From: an uncultured virus (IMG/VR IMGVR_UViG_3300013845_000001)
Taxonomy: Duplodnaviria > Heunggongvirae > Uroviricota > Caudoviricetes
IMG/VR virus record: IMGVR_UViG_3300013845_000001
Span: 62,001-126,000 of that record
Direction: 5' to 3' (one strand)
DNA: 64,000 nucleotides
In this document: one piece after another, positions 19,377-29,042 of the stretch
Layout of the letters: the number at the start of each line of letters is the position of its first letter
How positions within the stretch are numbered: the first letter of the stretch is position 1
Position numbers and translations under genes: made by a program
Notes under the pieces: generated by a model
The model's input: only the letters and a program-made list of their open reading frames with translations
What the model was told of the DNA's origin: nothing
Database searches by the model: none

Positions 19377-19787
19377 TTAAAGGAAGACAAAGAGAAATCA
19401 TTACGCGGAAATCATGAGATTTATCAAGAATATAGGGTGTTTTTAAGGTTTCCAAATGGGAGTAATATTCCCAAAACAGACTAATAATTGAGAACAATGT
19501 TCCTATTATGATTATGTGAGATTCTATGCGGTCAAACGTGTAGGGTCTATTTTTATGAGAATTGCTGATTTTTCAGTGATTCTCTTTTTGTTTGGAGAAA
19601 TAAGTAGTGTAATCCTTATCCTCTTCCTTACCGGCTTATAAGTGAATTAAGTCGCTGACCACTAAAAATTATGTGGTAGAAATTGGAGAGGCTCATGTTG
19701 GGATAACAGTGCTAAGTCCTCTCCTTTTATTGAAAATATGTGGCAATAACCACAAAAAATATTATTAAAATAAAAGGAGAAATGCGA

Positions 19788-20489
19788 ATGAATGAAATTA
19801 TTAATGTAAACTTTGAGAATGAAACAGTTTCAGCGAGAGAATTACACAAATCTGTAGGAAGTACAGAAAGATTTTCAAATTGGTTTGATCGGCAATTACA
19901 ATACGGATTTGAGGAAGGTGCTGATTATTTAGGGTGTAAAACTTATAATACTCTAGCAAAACAAGAGCTACAGGACTTTGAGTTATCTATTGATGCTGCA
20001 ATTCAAATTTGTGAAAAAATTCGCTATAGAGATACATCTAAAATACTAAATATATTACATCAATTGAGAAATAATAAATGTAAGTCCTATGTTAATAAGC
20101 CACGATTCGAGATTTGTTTTGGTGAAATGTTAGATGAAATAACTGGGTATAAATGGGACAGACAGATATTAATAGACAACGGAAAATATAGAGTTGATTT
20201 TATGTTAGGCTATGAACTCGCAGTTGAATATGATGAAGAACATCATGTTGGTCAAACAGAGGTGGATTTATATAGAGAAAAATATATTCAGGAATGGTTG
20301 AGAGACAAATATAAAGAACGTGTTGATCCAACATGCGAATACTTAATTCCGTTTATAAGAGTAAAAAAGGGCGAAGAATTACTTGGAATCAGAAGAATTA
20401 TTGAACAACTCGTTGCAAATCAAATCTTAGAATCTTATGACTCTAATTGTATTAGACACAATCCTGAAATATTAAATTTTATTAAATAA
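19788..20489 (+). CDS. AntA/AntB antirepressor domain fused to a Vsr/DUF559-like endonuclease domain
   Basis: VSARELH..FSNWF N-terminus; YRVDF..LAVEYDEEHH C-terminus. Confidence 0.75.
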   Translation: MNEIINVNFENETVSARELHKSVGSTERFSNWFDRQLQYGFEEGADYLGCKTYNTLAKQELQDFELSIDAAIQICEKIRYRDTSKILNILHQLRNNKCKSYVNKPRFEICFGEMLDEITGYKWDRQILIDNGKYRVDFMLGYELAVEYDEEHHVGQTEVDLYREKYIQEWLRDKYKERVDPTCEYLIPFIRVKKGEELLGIRRIIEQLVANQILESYDSNCIRHNPEILNFIK

Positions 20490-20735
20490 AATAAAAGAGT
20501 AAGGGGCAAATTTACATAATTAAGAAATATAAGAAATTTCAAGAGACGGATTAATTCTGTCTTTTCTTTTTATGTTTAACGGAGAAATAAATAGTGTCTA
20601 GTATTGTGCGTCATTGCTGATACTGGGATTTTGGATAGAAGACGTTTGGGAGTAGCTACCCTGACGAGTTGGTAACCTCATTCGCCACTCTTCTATCCTT
20701 ATGTTATCGAATGAGGAGAAATGAGGAAATAAATT

Positions 20736-22049
20736 ATGGGGACAAAGAACGTTGAAAAACAACTAGAAATTATTTTAAGCAAATTCCCTATGAAATTTTC
20801 AGAAGAAGTCACGCTTGATTTGCTAAATAACAATATTGATGTTTGTTATATTGAAAAAATGAAATGTAGGAAATACAAATTAAATCTTATAGACAATGAA
20901 GGCTATAAATACTTGGCTGATTACAATAATATTTTAAATACAATTGGTAAAATAAGAAATCCTAATAGATTCTTTTATAATAATCCATATACGTATGAAA
21001 ACATCAATTGGTTTTGTGAACGCAATAACATAAATATGAGAGTCGAAGGACATGGGCTTCCTTTGGTTGGATATGCCAGAGAAAAACTTGACATGATTGA
21101 TTCGTGTGGAAATATAAATAGAATTAGTTGGAATCAATTACAGCATTATACATTTCAGTATAAAGAAAATTATGAAGACGTAAAACGTAATAAATTTGAC
21201 GAATCACATATGACAAAAGAAAAAGCAAAACAAATAATTTATGATAAATATAACGAATTAAAAAGACCTCTTCTTCAAAGAGATTTTCAAGGTATAGAAA
21301 CTACTGATAGTAGCATTGGAATAAGAGTAATTTGGAGAATATGGGGTACTTTCACAAATATGGTTAGTGATCTTGGTCTTCCAGAGCATGATTATTATTA
21401 CAAACCGTATGATAAAAATTACAAACCACATTCTGAAATAATAAATTCTATAAAAATCGTATGTGATAAAGTAAAAGAATCTGGAAGAGCAACGGTTATG
21501 TATTCTGATTTTTATAAATATGCCAACATATCGGAGGTTTCTACTGTTCGCAGGCATTGTAATCTGGATGGATTAGATTTAAATGATGTTATTAAATTAT
21601 ATGGTTGTAAAATGCAGCGTTCTGGTAATGGGTTTAATTATACTTTTAGTGATGGCGAAAAGGTAGTTTCTAAGTATGAATATGATTTTAGCAAATTTCT
21701 TAGAGATAACGGATTAGTTTACAACAAAGATTACTTTAGGAATATATACTACAAAAAATTAGATTCAGAATATAATGGTAACATGAATTGTGATTATTAC
21801 ATTACATTCAATGGTATGAATACATATATTGAGCTGGCCGGTATCCTAGGAAATAAAGAACATCAAGAAGCTTACAAAAATAATTCAGTTATAAAATCAA
21901 AATCAAAAGAAGAATATCGAAGGAAACTAAATTTAAAACGAGGAATATTTGAACGCAATCATTTAAAATATTTTATTCTCCTAAAAGACGATATGAACGA
22001 AGACAATTATAAAAGAATAATGAGTAAATATTTAAAAGAAGTGGCTTAG
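20736..22049 (+). CDS. Putative free-standing homing-type endonuclease
   Basis: RIWGTFTNMVSDLGL repeat-like motif; C-terminal CDYYI..YIELAG nuclease-like core. Confidence 0.55.
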   Translation: MGTKNVEKQLEIILSKFPMKFSEEVTLDLLNNNIDVCYIEKMKCRKYKLNLIDNEGYKYLADYNNILNTIGKIRNPNRFFYNNPYTYENINWFCERNNINMRVEGHGLPLVGYAREKLDMIDSCGNINRISWNQLQHYTFQYKENYEDVKRNKFDESHMTKEKAKQIIYDKYNELKRPLLQRDFQGIETTDSSIGIRVIWRIWGTFTNMVSDLGLPEHDYYYKPYDKNYKPHSEIINSIKIVCDKVKESGRATVMYSDFYKYANISEVSTVRRHCNLDGLDLNDVIKLYGCKMQRSGNGFNYTFSDGEKVVSKYEYDFSKFLRDNGLVYNKDYFRNIYYKKLDSEYNGNMNCDYYITFNGMNTYIELAGILGNKEHQEAYKNNSVIKSKSKEEYRRKLNLKRGIFERNHLKYFILLKDDMNEDNYKRIMSKYLKEVA

Positions 22050-22089
22050 TTATCACCCACTTCTTTTTATTATGAAAGGGAGTGATAAT

Positions 22090-23130
22090 TTGGCAAAAGA
22101 AAAAATTACTAAAGTCAGATATTTTACAAAAGATAAAGAAAGATACATCAATCAAGATAATTGGAATAAATACAAGAAATATTTGCAGTCAAATATTATT
22201 AAAAATCAGGACGTTAAAGATACGACTTATAAGAGATATGAGGGGTTATTTAGACATTTTCTCATGTGGCTCGGAGAATTTTATGGGGATATTGGTTTGT
22301 ATTCAGATGATTTTATGGATAATGCAGTGGACATAATGGAATCATATATGCTCTTTTGTCAAGAAACGCTTCTTAATCGTAAGAAAATTATAAACATGAA
22401 AGTATCAACCGTTAGTTCATTTTATATCTGGTCTATGAAACGAGGATTTGTAAAGTTTCATCCATTTGATGGGAAACTAGACAGAATGAAAAAGGCAAAT
22501 GAGGAACAAGTGTTAAATCATTATTTCTTATCAGAAGAACAAATTGCAGAAATCAGAAAAGATTTATATAAAACGGAAAACAATAAATGGACAATACAAG
22601 ATCAATTATTATTTGAGATTTCTCTTTTCTCTGCAAATAGACTTGGTGCTTTAGAAAAACTTACAATTTCTTCTTTAAACCTTGATGAAATGGTATTTGA
22701 GGGAATTAGGGAGAAAGAAGGTTATAGAGTTGAAGTTTCTATAGATGAAACATGTAAAGATATGATTGAGACATGGTTATCAATGCGAAAAGATGACTTT
22801 GATTTCTTAGAGTGCGATGCTTTATTTGTACATAAATATCAAGATAAATGGATTCCGTGGTCTGGTGGTATGATATACGACAGAATGGTTAAATTCGGTA
22901 AAATAATTGGGATTCCTGATTTTCACACGCATTGTATGAGGAAGACGGCAATTAATAATATTTACGAAGAAACGGGCGATTTAAATTTAGCGGCACAGTG
23001 GGCAAATCACAAAAGTTCGGCGGTAACTCAGCAAAGTTACATTCGTCCTGCTTCAAAGAGTGATTTAAGAGAAAAGCTCAAACTTCTTAAAGCAAAGCAA
23101 AAGGAAATTATTGATAAAATGGATTCTTAA
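22090..23130 (+). CDS. Tyrosine recombinase (XerC/D-like)
   Basis: Catalytic R (ANRLG), K (REK), HxxR (HCMR), H (ANHKS), Y (QSY). Confidence 0.9.
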   Translation: MAKEKITKVRYFTKDKERYINQDNWNKYKKYLQSNIIKNQDVKDTTYKRYEGLFRHFLMWLGEFYGDIGLYSDDFMDNAVDIMESYMLFCQETLLNRKKIINMKVSTVSSFYIWSMKRGFVKFHPFDGKLDRMKKANEEQVLNHYFLSEEQIAEIRKDLYKTENNKWTIQDQLLFEISLFSANRLGALEKLTISSLNLDEMVFEGIREKEGYRVEVSIDETCKDMIETWLSMRKDDFDFLECDALFVHKYQDKWIPWSGGMIYDRMVKFGKIIGIPDFHTHCMRKTAINNIYEETGDLNLAAQWANHKSSAVTQQSYIRPASKSDLREKLKLLKAKQKEIIDKMDS

Positions 23131-23189
23131 TCAATAGAATCCGCCTTTCATTCAGAGAATAAGTACGTAAGTAATAAAAATATATTGGA

Positions 23190-23880
23190 GAACCAAGCCA
23201 GCCGTTCTATATGGCAGATTAAATCAAAATGGGACATCTACCTTGAGATTGAAGAAAGTTGGAGAAGATACAAGTTCAGAAGAGAATCTTAGTCTTGTAT
23301 TTAATGCCTTGGGATAGCAGGAGCCTGTAAGAAGCTATCGGGATTCCATAAGATATATGGCTTTTTGGTGAAGTAATATATTATGTGAATAAAGCTTTCT
23401 TAGATGATACGTCAAAGAGAGTATTTGAGAAAGAAACCATTCACATTATTGGTTCTGGTGTCGCATTTTATCCAGATTAAATGTAGTAGATGCCTTCGGG
23501 AGCGCAAAGCAGCCAATAATATCTTGTCAGCCGAAAGGTGAGACATTAGCAATAATTAAATAACTGAGTTATTAAATCGTCCGGTTGAGATAACATACCA
23601 CGGCTGTAATTGGCGGTCGGAATTCCAAGGCGTGTACTTTGTGCATAGGACGTTAAAGAAAATGAGTGAGTAGTTTTGCACTACAAAAACGAGATTGAAA
23701 TACTCTCGGCTCACGGTGAAGTCCTTGGTAGAATAAGATGGGAAACACTAATCCCCTTGCATGTAAACGTGTTTTAAACACGATGGTGAAATATAGCACA
23801 GCGTAAAGGCGTGTGGTGAGCTGCATGTGAAGTCAATTATGCAAAATTAATGTTAAGGCGAAAGGCCGATTTGAATAATA
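23190..23880 (+). ncRNA. Large structured ncRNA, ROOL/GOLLD-type candidate (ends approximate)
   Basis: About 700 nt without a credible ORF; 12-bp long-range helix 23304-23315/23622-23633; many stems with UUCG and GNRA loops. Confidence 0.65.
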
Positions 23881-23927
23881 AGAAGAGCATACTACTCTCC
23901 TATCTCACCGAAAGGAGTGAAATAAAC

Positions 23928-25700
23928 ATGAACATTAATCAAAATACAAATTTCGGGACACATAACACATCTATACGTCCCGGTAAAATAGAATATGTAG
24001 TTATACATTACGTTGGTGCCACTGGCGATGCTAAAGCAAACGTAAACTACTATAATCAGCCAACCACTACTAATGCGTCAGCTGATTTTTTTGTGGGGTT
24101 TGCCGGCGATATTTGGCAGTATAATCCCGATCCTGAAAAGAGATATTGTTGGGCGGTCGGCGGTTCAAAATTATCTACGGGTGGCGGCTCATTATACGGA
24201 ATTGCCAAAAATGTAAATTGCGTTAGCATCGAAATGTGTGTAAGGAATAATGGAAGCAAAGCAGATACAAGTAAAGATTGGTATTTTGAGGACGCTACTG
24301 TTAATTCTGCCATTGAACTTACTAAGTATTTAATGAAATTATATGAAATCCCAGCTAATCACGTAATACGTCATTATGATGTTACTGGAAAAAATTGCTT
24401 ACCATTATGTACAGAATTATATACACCAGAGGGCTGGAAGCAGTTAAAGGATATAGAAGTTGGTAATTCAGTTTTACAATACATACCAGAGTTAAATATT
24501 TGTGAATTTACATCGGTTTTAAATAAAGTGCCTCCATACAAGACGAGAACATATAAAACATCAGATTTTGAAGCAACCTCTGACCATAGAGCCATTTACT
24601 GGACGGAACGAAGGACTAAAGCCGAAGAATTTCTTGTATCAAAATGGATAGATATATTTAATGGAACGACAACAAAAAAAATAAAAAGCGAATGGAAATC
24701 GAATAATAGAGACCTCAATTTATCGGACGATGAGTTGAGGTTTTTAATTTGGATTCAGGCAGACGGTCATTATGAAAATGAGTATGGAATTACTTTTCAT
24801 TTTAAAAAAGAACGAAAAATAAAAACTGTTTGTGAATTACTTGAAAGATTGGGTTATCGTTATAAAGCATATAACAATTCTGACGGTACAGTTAAAATAA
24901 ATGTCAACAATGAAATTTTAAATATTTATGAGCCTGAATTTTTAAATAATAAGAGTTTTTCTTTATCTTTAATAAATATGTCTGACAGACAATTTCTAGT
25001 ATTTAAAAACGAGATTACAAAGGCAGACGGTCACACCAAAAACGACTGCGGATACTACTATTCAATGAACAAAGAGAACGCAGATATAGTTCAAATGATT
25101 TTTTCTTCTCATGGTTGTAGATGTAACATTCGAAAAGACAATCACGGATTATATTGGGTCAGTTTTCTCAACTCTACGAGAGGCGTAACCTCAAACATGG
25201 AGAGAAGTGTAAAAAAAGATGTATCCGTAAGTTGTGTTAGTGTCAAGAGTGGCTTTATTGCAGTAAGACAAGATGGAGTTATAACTATTACCGGCAATTG
25301 TCCGAATCCATATGTCTACAATCATACTGACCATACCTGGGAGGAATTTAAAACTGCTTTAGTAGCAGAACCAGTAAAGAAATCGGGTTGGATACAGGAA
25401 GTAGGCGGCTGGAGATTTTATCTCGGTAATATTGGACAGCCAATCCAGAATAATTGGTTATTTGATAATGATAAATGGTATTGGTTTAATGGCGCTGGAA
25501 TTATGGTGACAAATACATGGTATCAGTATAACCAAGCGTGGTATTATCTAGGGCCTGACGGCGCCATGTGTACATCTCAGTTAGTAGCAAACTCCGGAAA
25601 GATTTATGCTGTAGATGCTGATGGTAAGATGGTGACGGGTGAAATATTACTATCAACGTTAAGTGACGGAGCCTTGATTTATAAGGGATTAGTAAAGTAA
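23928..25700 (+). CDS. Endolysin: Amidase_2 N-acetylmuramoyl-L-alanine amidase with cell-wall-binding repeats, intein-containing
   Basis: VVIHY, SIEMC, VIRHYDVTGKN|CP; C-terminal WYWF/WYYL repeats; AAAGGAG SD before ATG 23928. Confidence 0.9.
   Translation: MNINQNTNFGTHNTSIRPGKIEYVVIHYVGATGDAKANVNYYNQPTTTNASADFFVGFAGDIWQYNPDPEKRYCWAVGGSKLSTGGGSLYGIAKNVNCVSIEMCVRNNGSKADTSKDWYFEDATVNSAIELTKYLMKLYEIPANHVIRHYDVTGKNCLPLCTELYTPEGWKQLKDIEVGNSVLQYIPELNICEFTSVLNKVPPYKTRTYKTSDFEATSDHRAIYWTERRTKAEEFLVSKWIDIFNGTTTKKIKSEWKSNNRDLNLSDDELRFLIWIQADGHYENEYGITFHFKKERKIKTVCELLERLGYRYKAYNNSDGTVKINVNNEILNIYEPEFLNNKSFSLSLINMSDRQFLVFKNEITKADGHTKNDCGYYYSMNKENADIVQMIFSSHGCRCNIRKDNHGLYWVSFLNSTRGVTSNMERSVKKDVSVSCVSVKSGFIAVRQDGVITITGNCPNPYVYNHTDHTWEEFKTALVAEPVKKSGWIQEVGGWRFYLGNIGQPIQNNWLFDNDKWYWFNGAGIMVTNTWYQYNQAWYYLGPDGAMCTSQLVANSGKIYAVDADGKMVTGEILLSTLSDGALIYKGLVK
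24396..25298 (+). mobile_element. Intein with LAGLIDADG homing endonuclease (301 aa)
   Basis: Block A CLPLCTELYTPEGWK; block B ATSDH; WIQADG and TKADG; block F/G VSCVSVKSG..ITGN followed by Cys+1. Confidence 0.92.
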
Positions 25701-25719
25701 GAAATGAGTATTTTATTGG

Positions 25720-26003
25720 AAGATGTAACGTAATCGTAAGTACGTGTCGTTGGTACATCAAAAAGGTTTATGTGATTCCTTTAGGCATAAGTGGGTTCTT
25801 ATGTCGTATAAAAATCACAACAATCATAGCAGAATATTTTGCAAAGGCCATGTTAAAAATATTCAAAACTGGTGAATGTACACACCGGAAAACAGCTAGT
25901 TGCATATGCTTTACGCTGTTTATATAGTGTGGAGGGTCGTAAATTAATGCTATTGGTACGCATTAATATGGAGAAATAACCATCTCCTACCTGTGAGCAC
26001 TAT
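25720..26003 (+). ncRNA. Candidate multi-hairpin ncRNA
   Basis: At least six consecutive stems in an ORF-free gap, followed by a terminator. Confidence 0.4.
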
Positions 26004-26010
26004 GATTTTT

Positions 26011-26044
26011 AAAGAGTCGTCTTTTAATTAAGGTGGCTCTTTTT
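26011..26044 (+). terminator. Intrinsic terminator
   Basis: AAAGAGTCGTCTT..AAGGTGGCTCTTT stem with T-run. Confidence 0.7.
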
Positions 26045-26246
26045 GTATTGTTTTGAAAATGATATGGAGAATTAAACATTAGTAATCTTGTGTGTTTACC
26101 AGTGGAATCCTAACCACTATTTTAAGCCTTGCAGGGTGTGGGAATAGCTACTCATACTCTGCCATTTGAAAAAGAATTAAAATATAGGATTTTTCTGATA
26201 AGCACATAACGGCTTAAAAAAAACAAAAAATAAGGAGGACATTTAT

Positions 26247-27020
26247 ATGTCAAAAATGGAAATTTTTAAGAATGAAGAATTTGGAGAAATCAGAACTGTA
26301 GAAGTTGATGGAAAACCGTATTTTGTAGCAAGTGATATCACAAAAGCGCTTGGATATTCTAATTCAAGTAAGGCTATAAAGGATCATTGTAGGTGGGTAA
26401 CGAAACGTTATATACCTCATCCACAAAATAATACAAAAACTCTAAATGTTAATGTTATACCAGAGGGAGATTTATATAGACTAATATCAAATAGCGAACT
26501 AGAATCAGCAGAAAAATTTGAATCGTGGGTATTTGATGAGGTTCTACCCACAATTCGGAAAACTGGTGGGTACATCAATAATGCTGATCTGATGGTCAAT
26601 ACATATTTTTCCGATATCCCAGATGAACAGAGAATTCTTGTAAAAGGATTACTTGTAAACATAGAAGGACTTCAAAACAAAAACAAAGTATTGTCAAATG
26701 AGAATGATTTACTTGTACAGAAAGCATTAGAGTGGGCAGACAGGCCATTGATTAATTCTTTAGTAAGAGCATATGCCGCATCTATCGGAGATTTTGGTAA
26801 AGCATGGAATACCTTCAAGAAGGAATTATTGTATAAATACGGAATTAATCTAAATTCAAGAATTACTAAGTATCAGAAAAGCACTGGTAAAAAGACACCA
26901 CCAAAAACGTTGAGTATGATAGAGGATTCAGAATTGCCAAATGCAATTAGTACGGCAGTTTCAATATGCCGAGAGAACAATGTTGATATCGATGAATTAT
27001 TACATAATAAAGCAAGTTAA
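26247..27020 (+). CDS. BRO-N domain phage antirepressor
   Basis: FKNEEFGEIRTV, IPEGDLYRLI, WVFDEVLPTIRKTGGY. Confidence 0.9.
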   Translation: MSKMEIFKNEEFGEIRTVEVDGKPYFVASDITKALGYSNSSKAIKDHCRWVTKRYIPHPQNNTKTLNVNVIPEGDLYRLISNSELESAEKFESWVFDEVLPTIRKTGGYINNADLMVNTYFSDIPDEQRILVKGLLVNIEGLQNKNKVLSNENDLLVQKALEWADRPLINSLVRAYAASIGDFGKAWNTFKKELLYKYGINLNSRITKYQKSTGKKTPPKTLSMIEDSELPNAISTAVSICRENNVDIDELLHNKAS

Positions 27021-27089
27021 GGGCAGTAGTGACCGCCCTTTTCTATTATAAAAATAACAGGTTGCGACTTACCGCTAGGAGAAAATATC

Positions 27090-27725
27090 ATGGAAAACAA
27101 AAATGTATTTGAAGAAACTGTAAAAACATTAATCGAAGATGCAAAGAAACTTCAAGCAAAATTTTCAAAGTGTCAAGAAAATAACGACTTTCGTAGCGCG
27201 CTAGATACTATGCGGTTACTGAAGGATACCCTCTCACTCATTAAAGAATATGATTGGGAACTAAAATATTCTGAATTAGAAACCACTACTGGTAAGCAGT
27301 TGAAAATCTGGGAACAGAATCATTGTGGAGAAATTAGGAACCTAAAAGAATATTATATTGACGATTCAATGGATAAGAAAAACGTATGGATTGAAAAGTT
27401 TGAATCTTGTATAAAGGATAATAAGTCTTACATTTGTACATATGGAGACGAATGCAGAGATTCTGGAAAGTCTTATGCTTTAGCAAGTCTATGTCATAAA
27501 TACAATGGTATTGTTGTATCCGAAAGAACTAATGGTTCGTTTGGAATAAAAAACAATTGTAATCAGTTTGGTTTCAATGTACCAATTTACAGTTATAGGG
27601 ACGTTTTAAGCTCAAGACAGGCAAAAAATAAGATTTTATTCCTTGATGAGTGTTCTGGACTAAGTAATGAACAAATTGATAAATTAAAAGAAAGTCATGT
27701 GGTTATAGGTTTTCAATTAACGTAA
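27090..27725 (+). CDS. Hypothetical protein with degenerate P-loop
   Basis: RDSGKS and ILFLDE resemble Walker A/B. Confidence 0.6.
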   Translation: MENKNVFEETVKTLIEDAKKLQAKFSKCQENNDFRSALDTMRLLKDTLSLIKEYDWELKYSELETTTGKQLKIWEQNHCGEIRNLKEYYIDDSMDKKNVWIEKFESCIKDNKSYICTYGDECRDSGKSYALASLCHKYNGIVVSERTNGSFGIKNNCNQFGFNVPIYSYRDVLSSRQAKNKILFLDECSGLSNEQIDKLKESHVVIGFQLT

Positions 27726-27849
27726 TCATTTTCCCGTTCTGGGTTGAATCTGCACTTTCATTTGGAAAAAATACAGAAACTATCAACAAGCACTACTTCT
27801 CTGGCGGTAAGTGCTTATTTTAATGCAAGCAGCAAAGGAGGCGGTGTTA

Positions 27850-29037
27850 TTGACAAGAATTAAAAAAGCTGACACAGTAACGCCAGCTAATCAGCAAAAA
27901 GGTAAAAAAATCTGTTCTTGTTGCCATGACGAAAAAAAACTTACAGATTTTTATATAAGTAAAAGTCCACTTTTTTCATTAGATGAACGTGTCCCGATTT
28001 GCAAGGAATGCGTCATTGGCAGTTCGTTAAATAAAGATGGGACAATAAATGATATTGAGTTAAATAAAATTCTAAGAAAAATTGATAAACCATATTATAA
28101 AGATTCCATCGAATCTGCGATAAACAGAACATTGAAAGAACATTCTTATGTAGAAAAAAATGAAATTAAATATTATGGCAAAGAGATACTTCAAGCATAT
28201 TTTACGCTTTGTGCAACTAGACAAGACCGGTATAAATCATATGAAGACTCAGAAAATGATAATTTCATCCATCAGACAAGCAATACTACAAAAGATACTA
28301 AGCGAAAAATTGCAAATAAATATGATGATGTAAATTTCATACATACTGACGATGCGTCAGAAATTGGTGATCAATCTAATGTTAAATGGACAAAAAAAGA
28401 TAAGCAAAATATGAAATACGTACTTTCTACAGTCGGATATGATCCTTTTGAAGATATTGGACTTGAAGATGCAGATAGAAAGTATTGTTACAATATTTTA
28501 GCTGGTTATTGTGATACTGATGGAATTAGCGAAGATGGGCATAAAATGCAGGGCGTTATTGAGATGACAATGCTCTACTGCCAATGTAAGAAAATAACAG
28601 AAGCGATGAATCTTGAGTTATCAAACAAAAATGTTGATGATGTGAAAATTCAAAAATTAACCTCATCTAAGTCTTCTCTTCTTTCTTCAATCGCAACTAT
28701 TGCCAAAGACAATAACATTTCTTCTAATTATAACAAAAATTCAAAACAAGGACAAAACTCATTGACTTCTAAAATGAAAGAAATGGAAGAAAATGATTTT
28801 GAAATGATTAAAGTAAATTTATTTGATATCAAAACAAGTGAAGCATTTAAACAGATTGCAGATTTAAGCAATCAAAGTATTATGGATCAGCTCACTTTTG
28901 ATAATAACGATTACACTGAAATAGTAAAAGAACAGCGTGAAATGATCCAATCCTTTGAAATAGAAATTGATTCTTTAAAGGAAGAAAATAGGAATCTAAA
29001 AAATAAAATTATTGACTTAGAAGTTCGGAAGAGGTGA
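27850..29037 (+). CDS. Zn-finger protein upstream of terminase (YonG-like, putative small terminase subunit)
   Basis: CSCC..CKEC; C-terminal coiled coil; position. Confidence 0.65.
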   Translation: MTRIKKADTVTPANQQKGKKICSCCHDEKKLTDFYISKSPLFSLDERVPICKECVIGSSLNKDGTINDIELNKILRKIDKPYYKDSIESAINRTLKEHSYVEKNEIKYYGKEILQAYFTLCATRQDRYKSYEDSENDNFIHQTSNTTKDTKRKIANKYDDVNFIHTDDASEIGDQSNVKWTKKDKQNMKYVLSTVGYDPFEDIGLEDADRKYCYNILAGYCDTDGISEDGHKMQGVIEMTMLYCQCKKITEAMNLELSNKNVDDVKIQKLTSSKSSLLSSIATIAKDNNISSNYNKNSKQGQNSLTSKMKEMEENDFEMIKVNLFDIKTSEAFKQIADLSNQSIMDQLTFDNNDYTEIVKEQREMIQSFEIEIDSLKEENRNLKNKIIDLEVRKR

Positions 29038-29042
29038 TGTAG

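Noticed and set aside
22090..23130. Prophage integrase marking a boundary
   Set aside because: Phage genes continue on both sides and no att-like repeat is visible; more likely an internal resolvase or invertase.
23190..23880. Group II intron, tmRNA or RNase P RNA
   Set aside because: I could not find a GUGCG start or domain V, tRNA-like ends with a tag frame, or the RNase P P4 signature, and no gene is interrupted.
27090..27725. Second terminase ATPase
   Set aside because: Only short Walker-like motifs; too small and no nuclease domain.
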